Counted from the first letter of the stretch, positions 26,291 through 39,662 are shown. The stretch is DNA of 64,000 bases from Mobula hypostoma (GCF_963921235.1 NC_086097.1:3100001-3164000), one strand, 5' to 3'. The notes: a model not told the origin generated them from the sequence alone. Program-made: numbers and translations.

Positions 26291-26534
26291 AACTTTGAAT
26301 TGCTTCTATTGCTTATAAAGTTTTCAATCTTGAAGCTGTAATACTTCATGTAGCTGTTTTAATTTCCTCTATTTATTTTCTATCTTAAGCAACCTCTGTA
26401 TCTCTCTAAGAGCTAGGAGAGCAGTCAGATTGTGATCTTTGGTTTTCAGTTCGTCAGCTATACTGTGCTGCTATATCTAATGTGCTGCTTTCATCAGCTA
26501 CATAACTAGTGTAGGGGCCCAGGATGACTGGGTG

Positions 26535-27215
26535 ACTGATATTTCCATGCTGCTATTACAGCTTGTGGCATGGAGTTCAGAGTTCAATTCCAGTGTCATA
26601 GAAGCATAGAAAATAGATGCAGGAGTAGGCCATTCGGCCCTTCGAGCCTGCACCGCCATTCAGTATGATCATGGCTGATCATCCAACTCAGAACCCTGTA
26701 CCAGCCTTCCCTCCATACCCCCTGATCCCTTTAGCCACAAGGGCCATATCTAACTCCCTCTTAAATATAGCCAATGAACTGGCCTCAACTGTTTCCTGTG
26801 GCAGAGAATTCCACAGATTCACCACTCTTTGTGTGAAGTTTTTCCTAATCTCGGTCCTAAAAGGCTTCCCCTTTATCTGCAAACTGTGACCTCTCGTTCT
26901 GGACTTCCCCAACATCGGGAACAATCTTCCTGCATCTAGCCTGTCCAATCCCTGTAGGATTTTATACATTTCAATAAGATCCCCCCTCAATCTTCTAAAA
27001 TCCAATGAATATAAGCCTAGTTGATCCAGTCTTTCATCATATGAAAGTCCTGCCATCCCAGGAATCAATCTGGTGAACCTTCTTTGTACTCCCTCTATGG
27101 CAAGGATCCTTTGTAATAAAGTTTGTATGTTCTTCATGTATGCATGTTGCTTTCCTCCGGGTGTTCTGGTTTCCTCCCATAGTCCAAAGATGTACTGGTT
27201 AGTAGGTTAATCGGT
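26535..27215 (+). mobile_element. V-SINE (HE1-like) interrupted by a minus-strand CR1 3' fragment (about 26598-27108)
   Basis: B-box-like gagttcaattcc at about 26580. V-domain ttcctccgggtgttctggtttcctcccatagtccaaaga at about 27152-27190. CR1 ORF 26688..27137. Confidence 0.7.
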
Positions 27216-27224
27216 CCATAAGAC

Positions 27225-29591
27225 CGAATCTTCAGAAGAGGCTTCAGTATCCCAGTTTCCCTACAGACTCCTCTCCAGAAGTGCTTTGGGAACACCTAAA
27301 AACCACCATCCTGCAAACCTCTGAAGAAGTCCTAGGGTTTTCCACAAAGAAGAACAAGGAATGGTTTGATGAAAACAACCAGAAGATCCAAGAATTGCTG
27401 TTGAAGAAGAGATCTGCCCACCAGGCGCACCTTGCTCAGCCATCTTGTCCTGGTAAGAAAGCAGCCTTCTGCCTTGTACACAGCAACCTCCAGCACAAAT
27501 TTCAAGAGATTCAGAACGTGTGGTGGACCAATCTCGCAAAGAGAACTCAGCTTTGCGCAGACACCGGTGACTACAGAGGGTTTTATGAAGCCCTGAGAGC
27601 GGTGTACGGCCCTTCGCACCAGGTCCAGAGTCCCTTGCACGGTGCAGACGGTCAGGCGCTCTTCACAGACAATGCGTCCATCCTGAACCGGTGGTCAGAA
27701 CATTTCCAGACTCTCTTCAGCGCCAACCGTATGGTCCAAGACTCAGCAATTCATCGCATCCCACAACAGCCAGAGAATCCAGAAATGGACAAGATTCCAA
27801 TCCTAGAAGAGACAGTCAAGGCCATAGAGCAGCTGAAAAGTGGCAAGGCAGCAGGAGTTGATGGAATCCTACCTGAGATTTGGAAGCATGGGGGCCCAGC
27901 GTTACACACCAAACTCCATGAGTTCTTTGTCTGCTGCTGGGAACAAGGTAAACTACCACAGGACCTCCGAGATGCAGTCATCATCGCCCTGTACAAGAAC
28001 AAGGGGGAAAAGTCCGACTGCTCCAACTACCGGCAGATAACTCTGCTCTCTATGCCAGGAAAAACCCTCACAAGAGTACCCCTGAACAGATTGGTGCCCA
28101 GCATTGCAGAAGAACACCTCCCAGAGAGCCAGTGTGGCTCAGAGCCAACAGGAGCACCACCGACATGGTATCTGTTCTCAGGCAGCTCCAAGAAAAATGT
28201 AGGGAACAGAACAAGGGATTGTACGTGACATTTGTCGACCTTACCAAAGCATTCGACACTGTGAGCAGGGAAGGTCTGTGACAAATCATGGAACGACTGG
28301 GATGCCCCCCAAAGTTCCTCAGCATGGTCATCCAGCTACATGAAGATCAGAGTGGCCAAGTCAGACACAACAGCGACCTCTCAGAACCCTTCCCAATAGG
28401 CAACAGAGTAAAGCAAGGCTGCGTGCTCGTGCCAACTCTCTTCACCATCTTCTTCAGCATGATGCTCGATAGGGCCACAGAAGACCCTGATGACGAGGAC
28501 GGTGTTTACATCCGATAGCGCACCGATGGCAGCCTGTTCAACCTGAGGCGATTACGGTCCCACACCAAGACACTGGAGCAGCTCATCCGAGAGCTACTCT
28601 TCGCCGATGATGCTGTCCTTGTTGCCCACACAGAGACAGCTTTGCAGCGTATAACATCCTGCTTCGCAGAGGCTGCTGATCTCTTCAGACTGGAAGTCAA
28701 CTTGAAGAAGACAGAAGTTCTCTATCAGCCCGCACCTTAGGAAGATTACCACCCTCCCTGCATCACCATCGGTGAGGTAGAGCTGAAGACAGTCCACCAG
28801 TTCAGCTACCTGGGGTGCACCATCTCGTCAAGATCGACAAAGAGATTGACAACAGACTGGCAAAGGCAAACAGCGCGTTCGGCAGGCTGTACGAAAGAGT
28901 CTGGAACAACAAGCATTTGAAGAAAGGCACAAAGATCAGCGTGTACAGAGCCGTTGTACTGACCACCCTCCTGTACGGCTCCGAGTCGCGGGTCACCTAC
29001 CGTCACCACCTACGACTCCTTGAGCGTTTCCACCAGTGCTGCCTCCGCACCATCCTCAACATCCACTGGAGTGACCTCGTCACCAACATCGAAGTCCTCA
29101 AACAGACGGAGGTCACCAGCATCGAGGCCATGCTGTTGAAGATGCAGCTGCGCTGGGCAGGGCACGTCTCCAGGATGGAGGGTCATCGCCTGCCCAAGAT
29201 TGTGCTGTATGGTGAACTCTCCACTGGCCACCGTGACAGAGGGGCACCGAAGAAGAGGTACAAGGACTCTCTGAAGAAATCCCTTGGTGCCTGTCATATT
29301 GACCATCGCCAGTGGTCTAATCTAGCCTCCGATCGCGAGGCCTGGTGACACACTATTCACCAATCTGTCTCCTCCTTCGAGGACGCACGCAGGGCTGGCA
29401 TTGAGGACAAAAGGAGAAGGAGGAAGAACCGTGACACAGCAGCACTAAACCCAGAACAGAATTTCCCTTGTAGCCGCTGTGGCCGGACCTGCCTGTCCCG
29501 TATTGGCCTCGTCAGCCCCCAGCGAGCCTGCAGCAGATGTGGGCAGCCCCCTTCCTAAATCTTCGTTCACAAAGCCAAGCCATGATGAAGA
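27225..29591 (+). mobile_element. RTE-clade LINE, 5'-truncated, relatively young
   Basis: ORFs 27281..28228, 28288..28518 and 28815..29348 (KAAGVDGI, VKQGCVL, LFADD, QLRWAGHV). ccataagac on both sides (27216-27224 and 29592-29600). Confidence 0.9.
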
Positions 29592-29859
29592 CCATAAGAC
29601 AGAGGAGCAGAATTAGGCTATTTAGCCCATCGAGTCTGCTCCGCCATTCCATCATGGCTGATCCCGGATCCCACTCAACCCCATACACCTGCTCTCTCAC
29701 CATATCCTTTGACTTTGATGCCCTGACCGATCAGAAAATTGTTAACTTCTGCCTTAAATATACCCATGGACTTGGCCTGCACCACAGTCCTTGGCAGAGC
29801 ATTCCACTGTTTCACGATTCTCTGGCTAAAAAATTCCTTCTTACCTCTATTCTGAAGCC

Positions 29860-32800
29860 CGTGATCAAACCTTCAAACTACCAGTCCACATCGATCGCCC
29901 TGATCAAACACCCCAGTCCACATCGATCACCCTGATCAAACTGATCAAACACCCCAGTCTGCATCGATCACTCTGATCAAATATCCCAGTCCGTATCGAT
30001 AACCCTGATCAAACCATTTAAACAGTCCAGTCCACATCGATCACCCTGATCAAACTGATCAAATACCCCAGTCCACATCGATCGCCGTGATCAAACTGAT
30101 CAAATATCCCAGTCCGTATCGATAACCCTGATCAAACCATTTAAACAGTCCAGTCCACATCGATCACCCTGATCAACCTGGTCAAACACCCCAGTCCGCA
30201 TCGATCGCCCTGATCAAACTGTTCAAACACCCCAGTCCGCATCGATCGCCCTGATCAAACTGATCAAACACCCCAGTCCACATCGATCGCCCTGATCAAA
30301 CTGATCAAACACCCCAGTCCGCATCGATCGCCCTGATCAAACTGTTCAAACACCCCAGTCGGCATCGATCGCCCTGATCAAACACCCCAGTCTGCATCGA
30401 TCACCCTGATCAAACTGTTCAAACACCCCAGTCCGCATCGATCGCCCTGATCAAACTGTTCAAACACCCCAGTCGGCATCGGTCGCCCTGATCAAACACC
30501 CCAGTCCGCATCGATCGCCCTGATCAAACTGTTCAAACACCCCAGTCCGCATGGATCGCCCTGATCAAACACCCCAGTCTGCATCGATTGCCCTGATCAA
30601 ACACCCCAGTCTGCATCGGTCGCCCTGATCAAACTGTTCAAACACCCCAGTCCGCATCGATCGCCCTGATCAAACACCCCAGTCTGCATCGATCGCCCTG
30701 ATCAAACTGATCAAACACCCCAGTCCACATCGATCGCCCTGATCAAACTGATCAAATACCCCAGTCCGCATCGATCGCCCTGATCAAACTGTTCAAACAC
30801 CCCAGTCCGCATCAATCGCCCTGATCAAACACCCCAGTCTGCATCGATCGCCCTGATCAAACTGTTCAAACACCCCAGTCTGCATCGATCGCCCTGATCA
30901 AACTGTTCAAACACCCCAGTCCACATTGATCGCCCTGATCAAACACCCCAGTCCGCATCGATCGCCCTGATCAAACTGATCAAACACCCCAGTCTGCATC
31001 GATCGCCCTGGTCAAACACCCCAGTCCACATCGATCGCCCTGATCAAACACCCCAGTCTGCATTGATCACCCTGATCAAGCTGTTCAAACACCCCAGTCC
31101 GCATCGATTGCCCTGATCAAACTGTTCAAACACCCCAGTCTGCATCGATCACCCTGATCAAACACCCCAGTCGACATCGATCGCCCCGATCAAACTGTTC
31201 AAACACCCCAGTCCACATCGATCGCCCTGATCAAACTGTTCAAACACCCCAGTCCACATCGATCGCCCCGATCAAACTGTTCAAACACCCCAGTCCGCAT
31301 CGATCGCCCTGATCAAACACCCCAGTCTGTATCGATCACCCTGATCAAACTGTTCATACACCCCAGTCCACATCGATCGCCCTGATCAAACTGATCAAAC
31401 ACCCCAGTCTGCATCGATCACCCTGATCAAATATCCCAGTCCGTATCGATAACCCTGATCAAACCATTTAAACAGTCCAGTCCACATCGATCACCCTGAT
31501 CAAACTGATCAAATACCCCAGTCCACATCGATCGCCGTGATCAAACTGATCAAATATCCCAGTCCGTATCGATAACCCTGATCAAACCATTTAAACAGTC
31601 CAGTCCACATCGATCACCCTGATCAACCTGGTCAAACACCCCAGTCCGCATCGATCGCCCTGATCAAACTGTTCAAACACCCCAGTCCGCATCGATCGCC
31701 CTGATCAAACTGATCAAACACCCCAGTCCACATCGATCGCCCTGATCAAACTGATCAAACACCCCAGTCCGCATCGATCGCCCTGATCAAACTGTTCAAA
31801 CACCCCAGTCGGCATCGATCGCCCTGATCAAACACCCCAGTCTGCATCGATCACCCTGATCAAACTGTTCAAACACCCCAGTCCGCATCGATCGCCCTGA
31901 TCAAACTGTTCAAACACCCCAGTCGGCATCGGTCGCCCTGATCAAACACCCCAGTCCGCATCGATCGCCCTGATCAAACTGTTCAAACACCCCAGTCCGC
32001 ATGGATCGCCCTGATCAAACACCCCAGTCTGCATCGATTGCCCTGATCAAACACCCCAGTCTGCATCGGTCGCCCTGATCAAACTGTTCAAACACCCCAG
32101 TCCGCATCGATCGCCCTGATCAAACACCCCAGTCCGCATGGATCGCCCTGATCAAACACCCCAGTCTGCATCGATCACCCTGATCAAACACCCCAGTCTG
32201 TATCGATCACCCTGATCAAACTGTTCATACACCCCAGTCCACATCGATCGCCCTGATCAAACTGATCAAACACCCCAGTCTGCATCGATCACCCTGATCA
32301 AATATCCCAGTCCGTATCGATAACCCTGATCAAACCATTTAAACAGTCCAGTCCACATCGATCACCCTGATCAAACTGATCAAATACCCCAGTCCACATC
32401 GATCGCCGTGATCAAACTGATCAAATATCCCAGTCCGTATCGATAACCCTGATCAAACCATTTAAACAGTTCAGTCCACATCGATCACCCTGATCAACCT
32501 GGTCAAACACCCCAGTCCGCATCGATCGCCCTGATCAAACTGTTCAAACACCCCAGTCTGCATCGATCGCCCTGATCAAACTGATCAAACACCCCAGTCC
32601 ACATCGATCGCCCTGATCAAACTGATCAAACACCCCAGTCCGCATCGATCGCCCTGATCAAACTGTTCAAACACCCCAGTCTGCATCGATCGCCCTGATC
32701 AAACTGTTCAAACACCCCAGTCCACATTGATCGCCCTGATCAAACACCCCAGTCCGCATCGATCGCCCTGATCAAACTGATCAAACACCCCAGTCTGCAT

Positions 32801-35800
32801 CGATCGCCCTGGTCAAACACCCCAGTCCACATCGATCGCCCTGATCAAACACCCCAGTCTGCATTGATCACCCTGATCAAGCTGTTCAAACACCCCAGTC
32901 CGCATCGATTGCCCTGATCAAACTGTTCAAACACCCCAGTCTGCATCGATCACCCTGATCAAACACCCCAGTCGACATCGATCGCCCCGATCAAACTGTT
33001 GAAACACCCCAGTCCACATCGATCGCCCTGATCAAACTGTTCAAACACCCCAGTCCACATCGATCGCCCCGATCAAACTGTTCAAACACCCCAGTCCGCA
33101 TCGATCGCCCTGATCAAACACCCCAGTCTGTATCGATCACCCTGATCAAACTGTTCATACACCCCAGTCCACATCGATCGCCCTGATCAAACTGATCAAA
33201 CACCCCAGTCTGCATCGATCACCCTGATCAAATATCCCAGTCCGTATCGATAACCCTGATCAAACCATTTAAACAGTCCAGTCCACATCGATCACCCTGA
33301 TCAAACTGATCAAATACCCCAGTCCACATCGATCGCCGTGATCAAACTGATCAAATATCCCAGTCCGTATCGATAACCCTGATCAAACCATTTAAACAGT
33401 CCAGTCCACATCGATCACCCTGATCAACCTGGTCAAACACCCCAGTCCGCATCGATCGCCCTGATCAAACTGTTCAAACACCCCAGTCCGCATCGATCGC
33501 CCTGATCAAACTGATCAAACACCCCAGTCCACATCGATCGCCCTGATCAAACTGATCAAACACCCCAGTCCGCATCGATCGCCCTGATCAAACTGTTCAA
33601 ACACCCCAGTCGGCATCGATCGCCCTGATCAAACACCCCAGTCTGCATCGATCACCCTGATCAAACTGTTCAAACACCCCAGTCCGCATCGATCGCCCTG
33701 ATCAAACTGTTCAAACACCCCAGTCGGCATCGGTCGCCCTGATCAAACACCCCAGTCCGCATCGATCGCCCTGATCAAACTGTTCAAACACCCCAGTCCG
33801 CATGGATCGCCCTGATCAAACACCCCAGTCTGCATCGATTGCCCTGATCAAACACCCCAGTCTGCATCGGTCGCCCTGATCAAACTGTTCAAACACCCCA
33901 GTCCGCATCGATCGCCCTGATCAAACACCCCAGTCCGCATGGATCGCCCTGATCAAACACCCCAGTCTGCATCGATCACCCTGATCAAACACCCCAGTCT
34001 GTATCGATCACCCTGATCAAACTGTTCATACACCCCAGTCCACATCGATCGCCCTGATCAAACTGATCAAACACCCCAGTCTGCATCGATCACCCTGATC
34101 AAATATCCCAGTCCGTATCGATAACCCTGATCAAACCATTTAAACAGTCCAGTCCACATCGATCACCCTGATCAAACTGATCAAATACCCCAGTCCACAT
34201 CGATCGCCGTGATCAAACTGATCAAATATCCCAGTCCGTATCGATAACCCTGATCAAACCATTTAAACAGTTCAGTCCACATCGATCACCCTGATCAACC
34301 TGGTCAAACACCCCAGTCTGCATCGATCGCCCTGATCAAACTGTTCAAACACCCCAGTCCGCATCGATCGCCCTGATCAAACTGATCAAACACCCCAGTC
34401 CACATCGATCGCCCTGATCAAACTGATCAAACACCCCAGTCCGCATCGATCGCCCTGATCAAACTGTTCAAACACCCCAGTCGGCATCGATCGCCCTGAT
34501 CAAACACGCCAGTCTGCATCGATCACCCTGATCAAACTGTTCAAACACCCCAGTCCGCATCGATCGCCCTGATCAAACTGTTCAAACACCCCAGTCGGCA
34601 TCGGTCGCCCTGATCAAACACCCCAGTCCGCATCGATCGCCCTGATCAAACTGTTCAAACACCCCAGTCCGCATGGATCGCCCTGATCAAACACCCCAGT
34701 CTGCATCGATTGCCCTGATCAAACACCCCAGTCTGCATCGGTCGCCCTGATCAAACTGTTCAAACACCCCAGTCCGCATCGATCGCCCTGATCAAACACC
34801 CCAGTCTGCATCGATCGCCCTGATCAAACTGATCAAACACCCCAGTCCACATCGATCGCCCTGATCAAACTGATCAAATACCCCAGTCCGCATCGATCGC
34901 CCTGATCAAACTGTTCAAACACCCCAGTCCGCATCAATCGCCCTGATCAAACACCCCAGTCTGCATCGATCGCCCTGATCAAACTGTTCAAACACCCCAG
35001 TCTGCATCGATCGCCCTGATCAAACTGTTCAAACACCCCAGTCCACATTGATCGCCCTGATCAAACACCCCAGTCCGCATCGATCGCCCTGATCAAACTG
35101 ATCAAACACCCCAGTCTGCATCGATCGCCCTGGTCAAACACCCCAGTCCACATCGATCGCCCTGATCAAACACCCCAGTCTGCATTGATCACCCTGATCA
35201 AGCTGTTCAAACACCCCAGTCCGCATCGATTGCCCTGATCAAACTGTTCAAACACCCCAGTCTGCATCGATCACCCTGATCAAACACCCCAGTCGACATC
35301 GATCGCCCCGATCAAACTGTTCAAACACCCCAGTCCACATCGATCGCCCTGATCAAACTGTTCAAACACCCCAGTCCACATCGATCGCCCCGATCAAACT
35401 GTTCAAACACCCCAGTCCGCATCGATCGCCCTGATCAAACACCCCAGTCTGTATCGATCACCCTGATCAAACTGTTCATACACCCCAGTCCACATCGATC
35501 GCCCTGATCAAACTGATCAAACACCCCAGTCCACATCGATATCACCCTGATTTAACACCCCAGTCCGCATCGATCGCCCTGATCAAACTGTTCAAACACC
35601 CCAGTCCGCATCGATCGCCCTGATCAAACTGTTCAAACACCCCAGTCCGCATCGATCGCCCTGATCAAACACCCCAGTCTGCATCGATCGCCCTGATCAA
35701 ACTGTTCAAACACCCCAGTCTGCATCGATTGCCCTGATCAAACTGTTCAAACACCCCAGTCCACATCGATCGCCCTGATCAAACTGATCAAATACCCCAG

Positions 35801-36288
35801 TCTGCATTGATCGTCCTGGTCAAACACCCCAGTCCACATCGATCGCCCTGATCAAACACCCCAGTCTGCATTGATCACCCTGATCAAACTGTTCCAAACA
35901 CCCCAGTCCGCATCAATCGCCCTGATCAAACTGATCAAACTGATCAAACACCCCAGTCCGCATCGATCGCCCTGATCAAACACCCTAGTCCACATCGATC
36001 GCCCTGATCAAACTGATCAAACATCCCAGTCCGCATCGATCGCCCTGATCAAACACCCCAGTCCGCATCGATCGCCTTGATCAAACTGATCAAACACCCC
36101 AGTCTGCATCGATCGCCCTGGTCAAACACCCCAGTCCACATCGATCGCCCTGATCAAACACCCCAGTCTGCATTGATCACCCTGATCATCAAACTGATCA
36201 AACACCCCAGTCCGCATCGATCACCCTGATCATCAAACTGTTCAAACACCCCAGTCCGCATCGATCGCCCTGGTCAAACTACTCAAAA
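29860..36288. repeat. Tandem minisatellite/satellite of 32-bp and 41-bp units with higher-order repeats
   Basis: Unit caaacaccccagtccgcatcgatcgccctgat, with or without caaactgtt/caaactgat. Marker blocks recur at 29981, 31431, 32302, 33232 and 34103. Confidence 0.97.
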
Positions 36289-36759
36289 CCAGTTTAAAAA
36301 GAGTATCCAGAATTGAGGGACATATTTAACACACACACAAAATGCTGGAGGAACCCAGCAGGCCAGACATCATCTTGGAAAAGAGTACAATTAATGTTTT
36401 TGGCCAACTTTGCATGCAGCTTTCCAGTTCAGATTCTGGTAATTGATGACACAGCTGAGAGTTCACTGAAGTTCCGAGGGACTGTTGTAGTACTGGGAGA
36501 TTGTGTACTACTAAGAACTACTAATGAATCAAGGTCCTGCTCACCTCGATGTTTAGATTATAAAAATCCAGCTCTGGCAATTGAGGTCATAGTTTGGCAT
36601 AAAAAATGGAATTTCATTTGTCATAATTAATCACCACAGGGTGAGGCTCCCTTAGTATCTCCAATCCTCAGAGCTATTTACAAACTTTATCTTCTTCTGT
36701 TGGATGTACTGTCTCAGCGAATGGCTATTCTGAGTTGAAATTGACTTTGAATTAACTGA

Positions 36760-37360
36760 ACAAAGAACGGTACAGCACAGCAAGTGTCCACTCGGTGCAC
36801 AATGTTGTCCCAAACTAATTACATTCGTAATCAAATAGCCGATTAAACTCATCCTTTCTGACTGCACACACAATGTCCATACAGGAGGTACAGAGGAGAT
36901 GTCAGGGATAAGTTTTTTACTCGAGAGTGGTGAGTGCGTGGAATGGGCTGCTGGCAGCGATGGTGGAGGCGGATACGATAGGATCTTTTAAGAGACTTCT
37001 GGATGCCTACATGGAGCTTAGAAAATAGAGGGCTATGGGTAAAGCCTAGGTAGTCCTACAGTAGGGACATGTTTGGCACAGCTTTGTGGGCCGAAGGGCC
37101 TGTATTGTGCTGTAGGTTTTCTATGTTTCTATATCCCTCCATTTTCCTCACAGCCATGTGCCTATCTAAATGCCTCTGAAAAGTCCCTAATGGATCAGCC
37201 TCTACCACCACCAGGCACCCATCACTCTGTGTCAAAATAATTTCAACTTGAGGAAGAGGTACTGTCTGTCTACTCTATCTTTGCCTTTCATAATCTTTCA
37301 GAATTCCCCCTCAGCCTCTGCTGTAGAGAAAACAAGACAAGTTTGTCCAGCCTCTGTTAC
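36760..37360. mobile_element. CR1 3' tail (minus) with a nested plus-strand CR1 tail (about 36882-37132)
   Basis: 36882-37132 closely matches the CR1 3' end at about 19815-20060. Confidence 0.7.
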
Positions 37361-37807
37361 AGTGAAATTGTAGACCTACAGTATGTAACTATATGTCCCT
37401 CACAGTTCACCCCCTATCAGTTTGCAGAGGGAATCATTGATTGCATGAGTAGCAGACCTCCCACCCTGCAAAAACTCATTTCAGGGAGGTAGCACCCCTG
37501 CCCCCCCCCACAACCCCATATCCCCCCCACCCCGGTTGACCTCCAAGGGTGTATGTAATACTTTGTTTAGTGATTTTGTCTAATCTGTGAACCAACTTGG
37601 GTATATGCAGAAAATGTGACATTAAAATGTGTACTTATGTTATGTTATATTATCATGTTTATTCTATTACAACTTTAAGCAAGTCTACAGGGAGTTTGGC
37701 CTCATCACGTAGGATATCAATAGCGTAGCTCCTTGGCAGCCAGCCAGCTAGTTTAGATCAGGGGTCTTCAACCCTTTTTGCACCGCGGACTGGTTTAATA
37801 TTGACCA

Positions 37808-38130
37808 ATTTCACTCTGCCCCCTCCCCCAGCTGCCTGTCATCTCCCTCATGGTTTTGCCTCCTTCTACTACCCATTGTGTTTTCCCCTATTCCTTCTCC
37901 ACCTTTGCTGCCTATCACCTCCCTGCTCCCCTCCCCCACCCCTTTATCTCTCCCCTTACTGGTTTTTCACCTGGAACCTACCAGCCTTCTCCTCCCCCCA
38001 CCTTCTTTATAGGGCCTCTGCCCCTTCCCTCTTCAGTCCTGATGAAGGGTTCCGGCCCAAAACGTTGACTGATCGTTTTCACAGATGCTGCCCGACCTGC
38101 TGAGTTCCTCCAGCGTGTTGTGCGTGTTGG
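37808..38130 (+). mobile_element. Penelope-like terminal repeat with decayed hammerhead
   Basis: Pyrimidine-rich tract, then cagtcctgatgaagggttccggcccaaaacgttgactg at about 38034-38071. Confidence 0.75.
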
Positions 38131-38194
38131 TTAAATAATCTTAATGGTTATTAGGGTTTCTGTTACCTACCCCCTCCCCCAACCAATCCCAATA

Positions 38195-39215
38195 CATAGA
38201 ACATGGAACATAGAATAGTACAGCACAGTACAGGTCCTTCGGCCCACAATGTTGTGCCGACCCTCAAACCCTGCCTCCCATATAAGCCCCCAACTTAAAT
38301 TCCTCCATATACCTGTCCAGTAGTCTCTTAATCTTCACGAGTGTATCTGCCTCCACCACTGACTCAGGCAGTGCATTCCACGTACCAACCACTCTCTGAG
38401 TAATAAAACCTTCCTCTAATATCCCTCTTGAACTTCCCATCCCTTACCTTAAAGCCATGTCCTCTTGTATTGAGCAGTGGTGCCCTGGGGAAGAGGCGCT
38501 GGCTATCCACTCTATCTATTCCTCTTAATATCTTGTACACCTCTATCATGTCTCCTCTCATCCTCCTTCTCTCCAAAGAGTAAAGCCCTAGCTCCCTTAA
38601 CCTCTGATCATAATGCATACTCTCTAAACCAGGCAGCATCCTGGTAAATCTCCTCTGTACCCTTTCCAATGCTTCCACATCCTTCCTATAGTGAGGCGAC
38701 CAGAACTGGACACAATACTCCAAGTGTGGCCTAACCAGAGTTTTATAGAGCTGCATCATTACATCACGACTCTTAAACTCTATCCCTCGACTTATGAAAT
38801 CTAACACCCCATAAGCTTTCTTAACTACCCTATCTACCTGTGAGGCAACTTTCAGGGATCTGTGGACATGTATCCCCGGATATGTATCCCCAGATCCCTC
38901 TGCTCCTCCACACTACCAAGTATCCTGCCATTTACTTTGTACTCTGGCTTGGAGTTTGTCCTTCCAAAGTGTACCACCTCACACTTCTCCAGGTTGAACT
39001 CCATCTGCCACTTCTCAGCCCACTTCTGCATTCTACCAATGTCTCTCTGCAATCTTCAACAATCCTCTACACTATCTACAACACCACCAACCTTTGTGTC
39101 GTCTGCAAACTTGCCAACCCACCCTTCTACCCCCACATCCATGTCATTATTATAAATCACGAAAAGTAGAGGTCCCAGAACAGATCCTTGTGGGACACCA
39201 CTAGTCACAACCCTG
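38195..39215 (-). mobile_element. CR1 LINE, 5'-truncated
   Basis: ORFs 38364..38807 and 38852..39052; (CATAGAA)n tail. Confidence 0.9.
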
Positions 39216-39549
39216 TAGTCACAATACAGATCTTAGATCTTGGAACTCTAGCTTTTGGGATAGTTGAAGACTTGCTGAGCTCCTGATGGCACATCTACTG
39301 CCACTATCCGCTAACTTAGCGTAGATGATTGAACCTAAGACTAATGTATTCTATATGGTTAATGTTCTGTGTGCAGTGTGAGAAGATTTTGCTTTTTCAT
39401 TAACATGCTGTTACTTTTTGGAATTGTAGTCTTGATATTATATTAGCAGCTCAAAAGTTGATAGTTTCCATTACCTATCCTTGTAAATGATGGAATTTCC
39501 TTCCATCTTTTTGAATAAATTTTTAACAATGTTTACATTTTTTTTGAAG

Positions 39550-39662
39550 CATGTTGATTCCTGGGAACACTGCTGGTGTGGCAAAGCAGTTTCTACGTTG
39601 CACCTTCCATCAGCTAGCTCCCAACAGTATTCTTCCACAGCTATTTCAAAGCAACATCAAAG
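39550..39662 (+). CDS. unc79: UNC79 coding exon: MLIPGNTAGVAKQFLRCTFHQLAPNSILPQLFQSNIK(D)
   Basis: T-rich tract then gaAG acceptor, GTattg donor; 113 bp, phase 2-1. Confidence 0.95.

Noticed and set aside
23245..26349. 1034-aa ORF as a domesticated host gene
   Set aside because: Bounded by a TSD, endonuclease truncated, premature stop present, and a near-identical second copy starts at 63692.
29860..36288. CRISPR-like array or coding repeat
   Set aside because: No unique spacers, no cas genes, eukaryotic context, and stop codons on both strands in every unit.
29860..36288. G-quadruplex array on the minus strand
   Set aside because: The G-runs are separated by loops of 10 nt or more, so support is weak without experiment.
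37380..37805. Possible hAT/MITE fragments (caggggtcttcaacc...)
   Set aside because: Only one terminus is recognisable, with no matching TIR or TSD.
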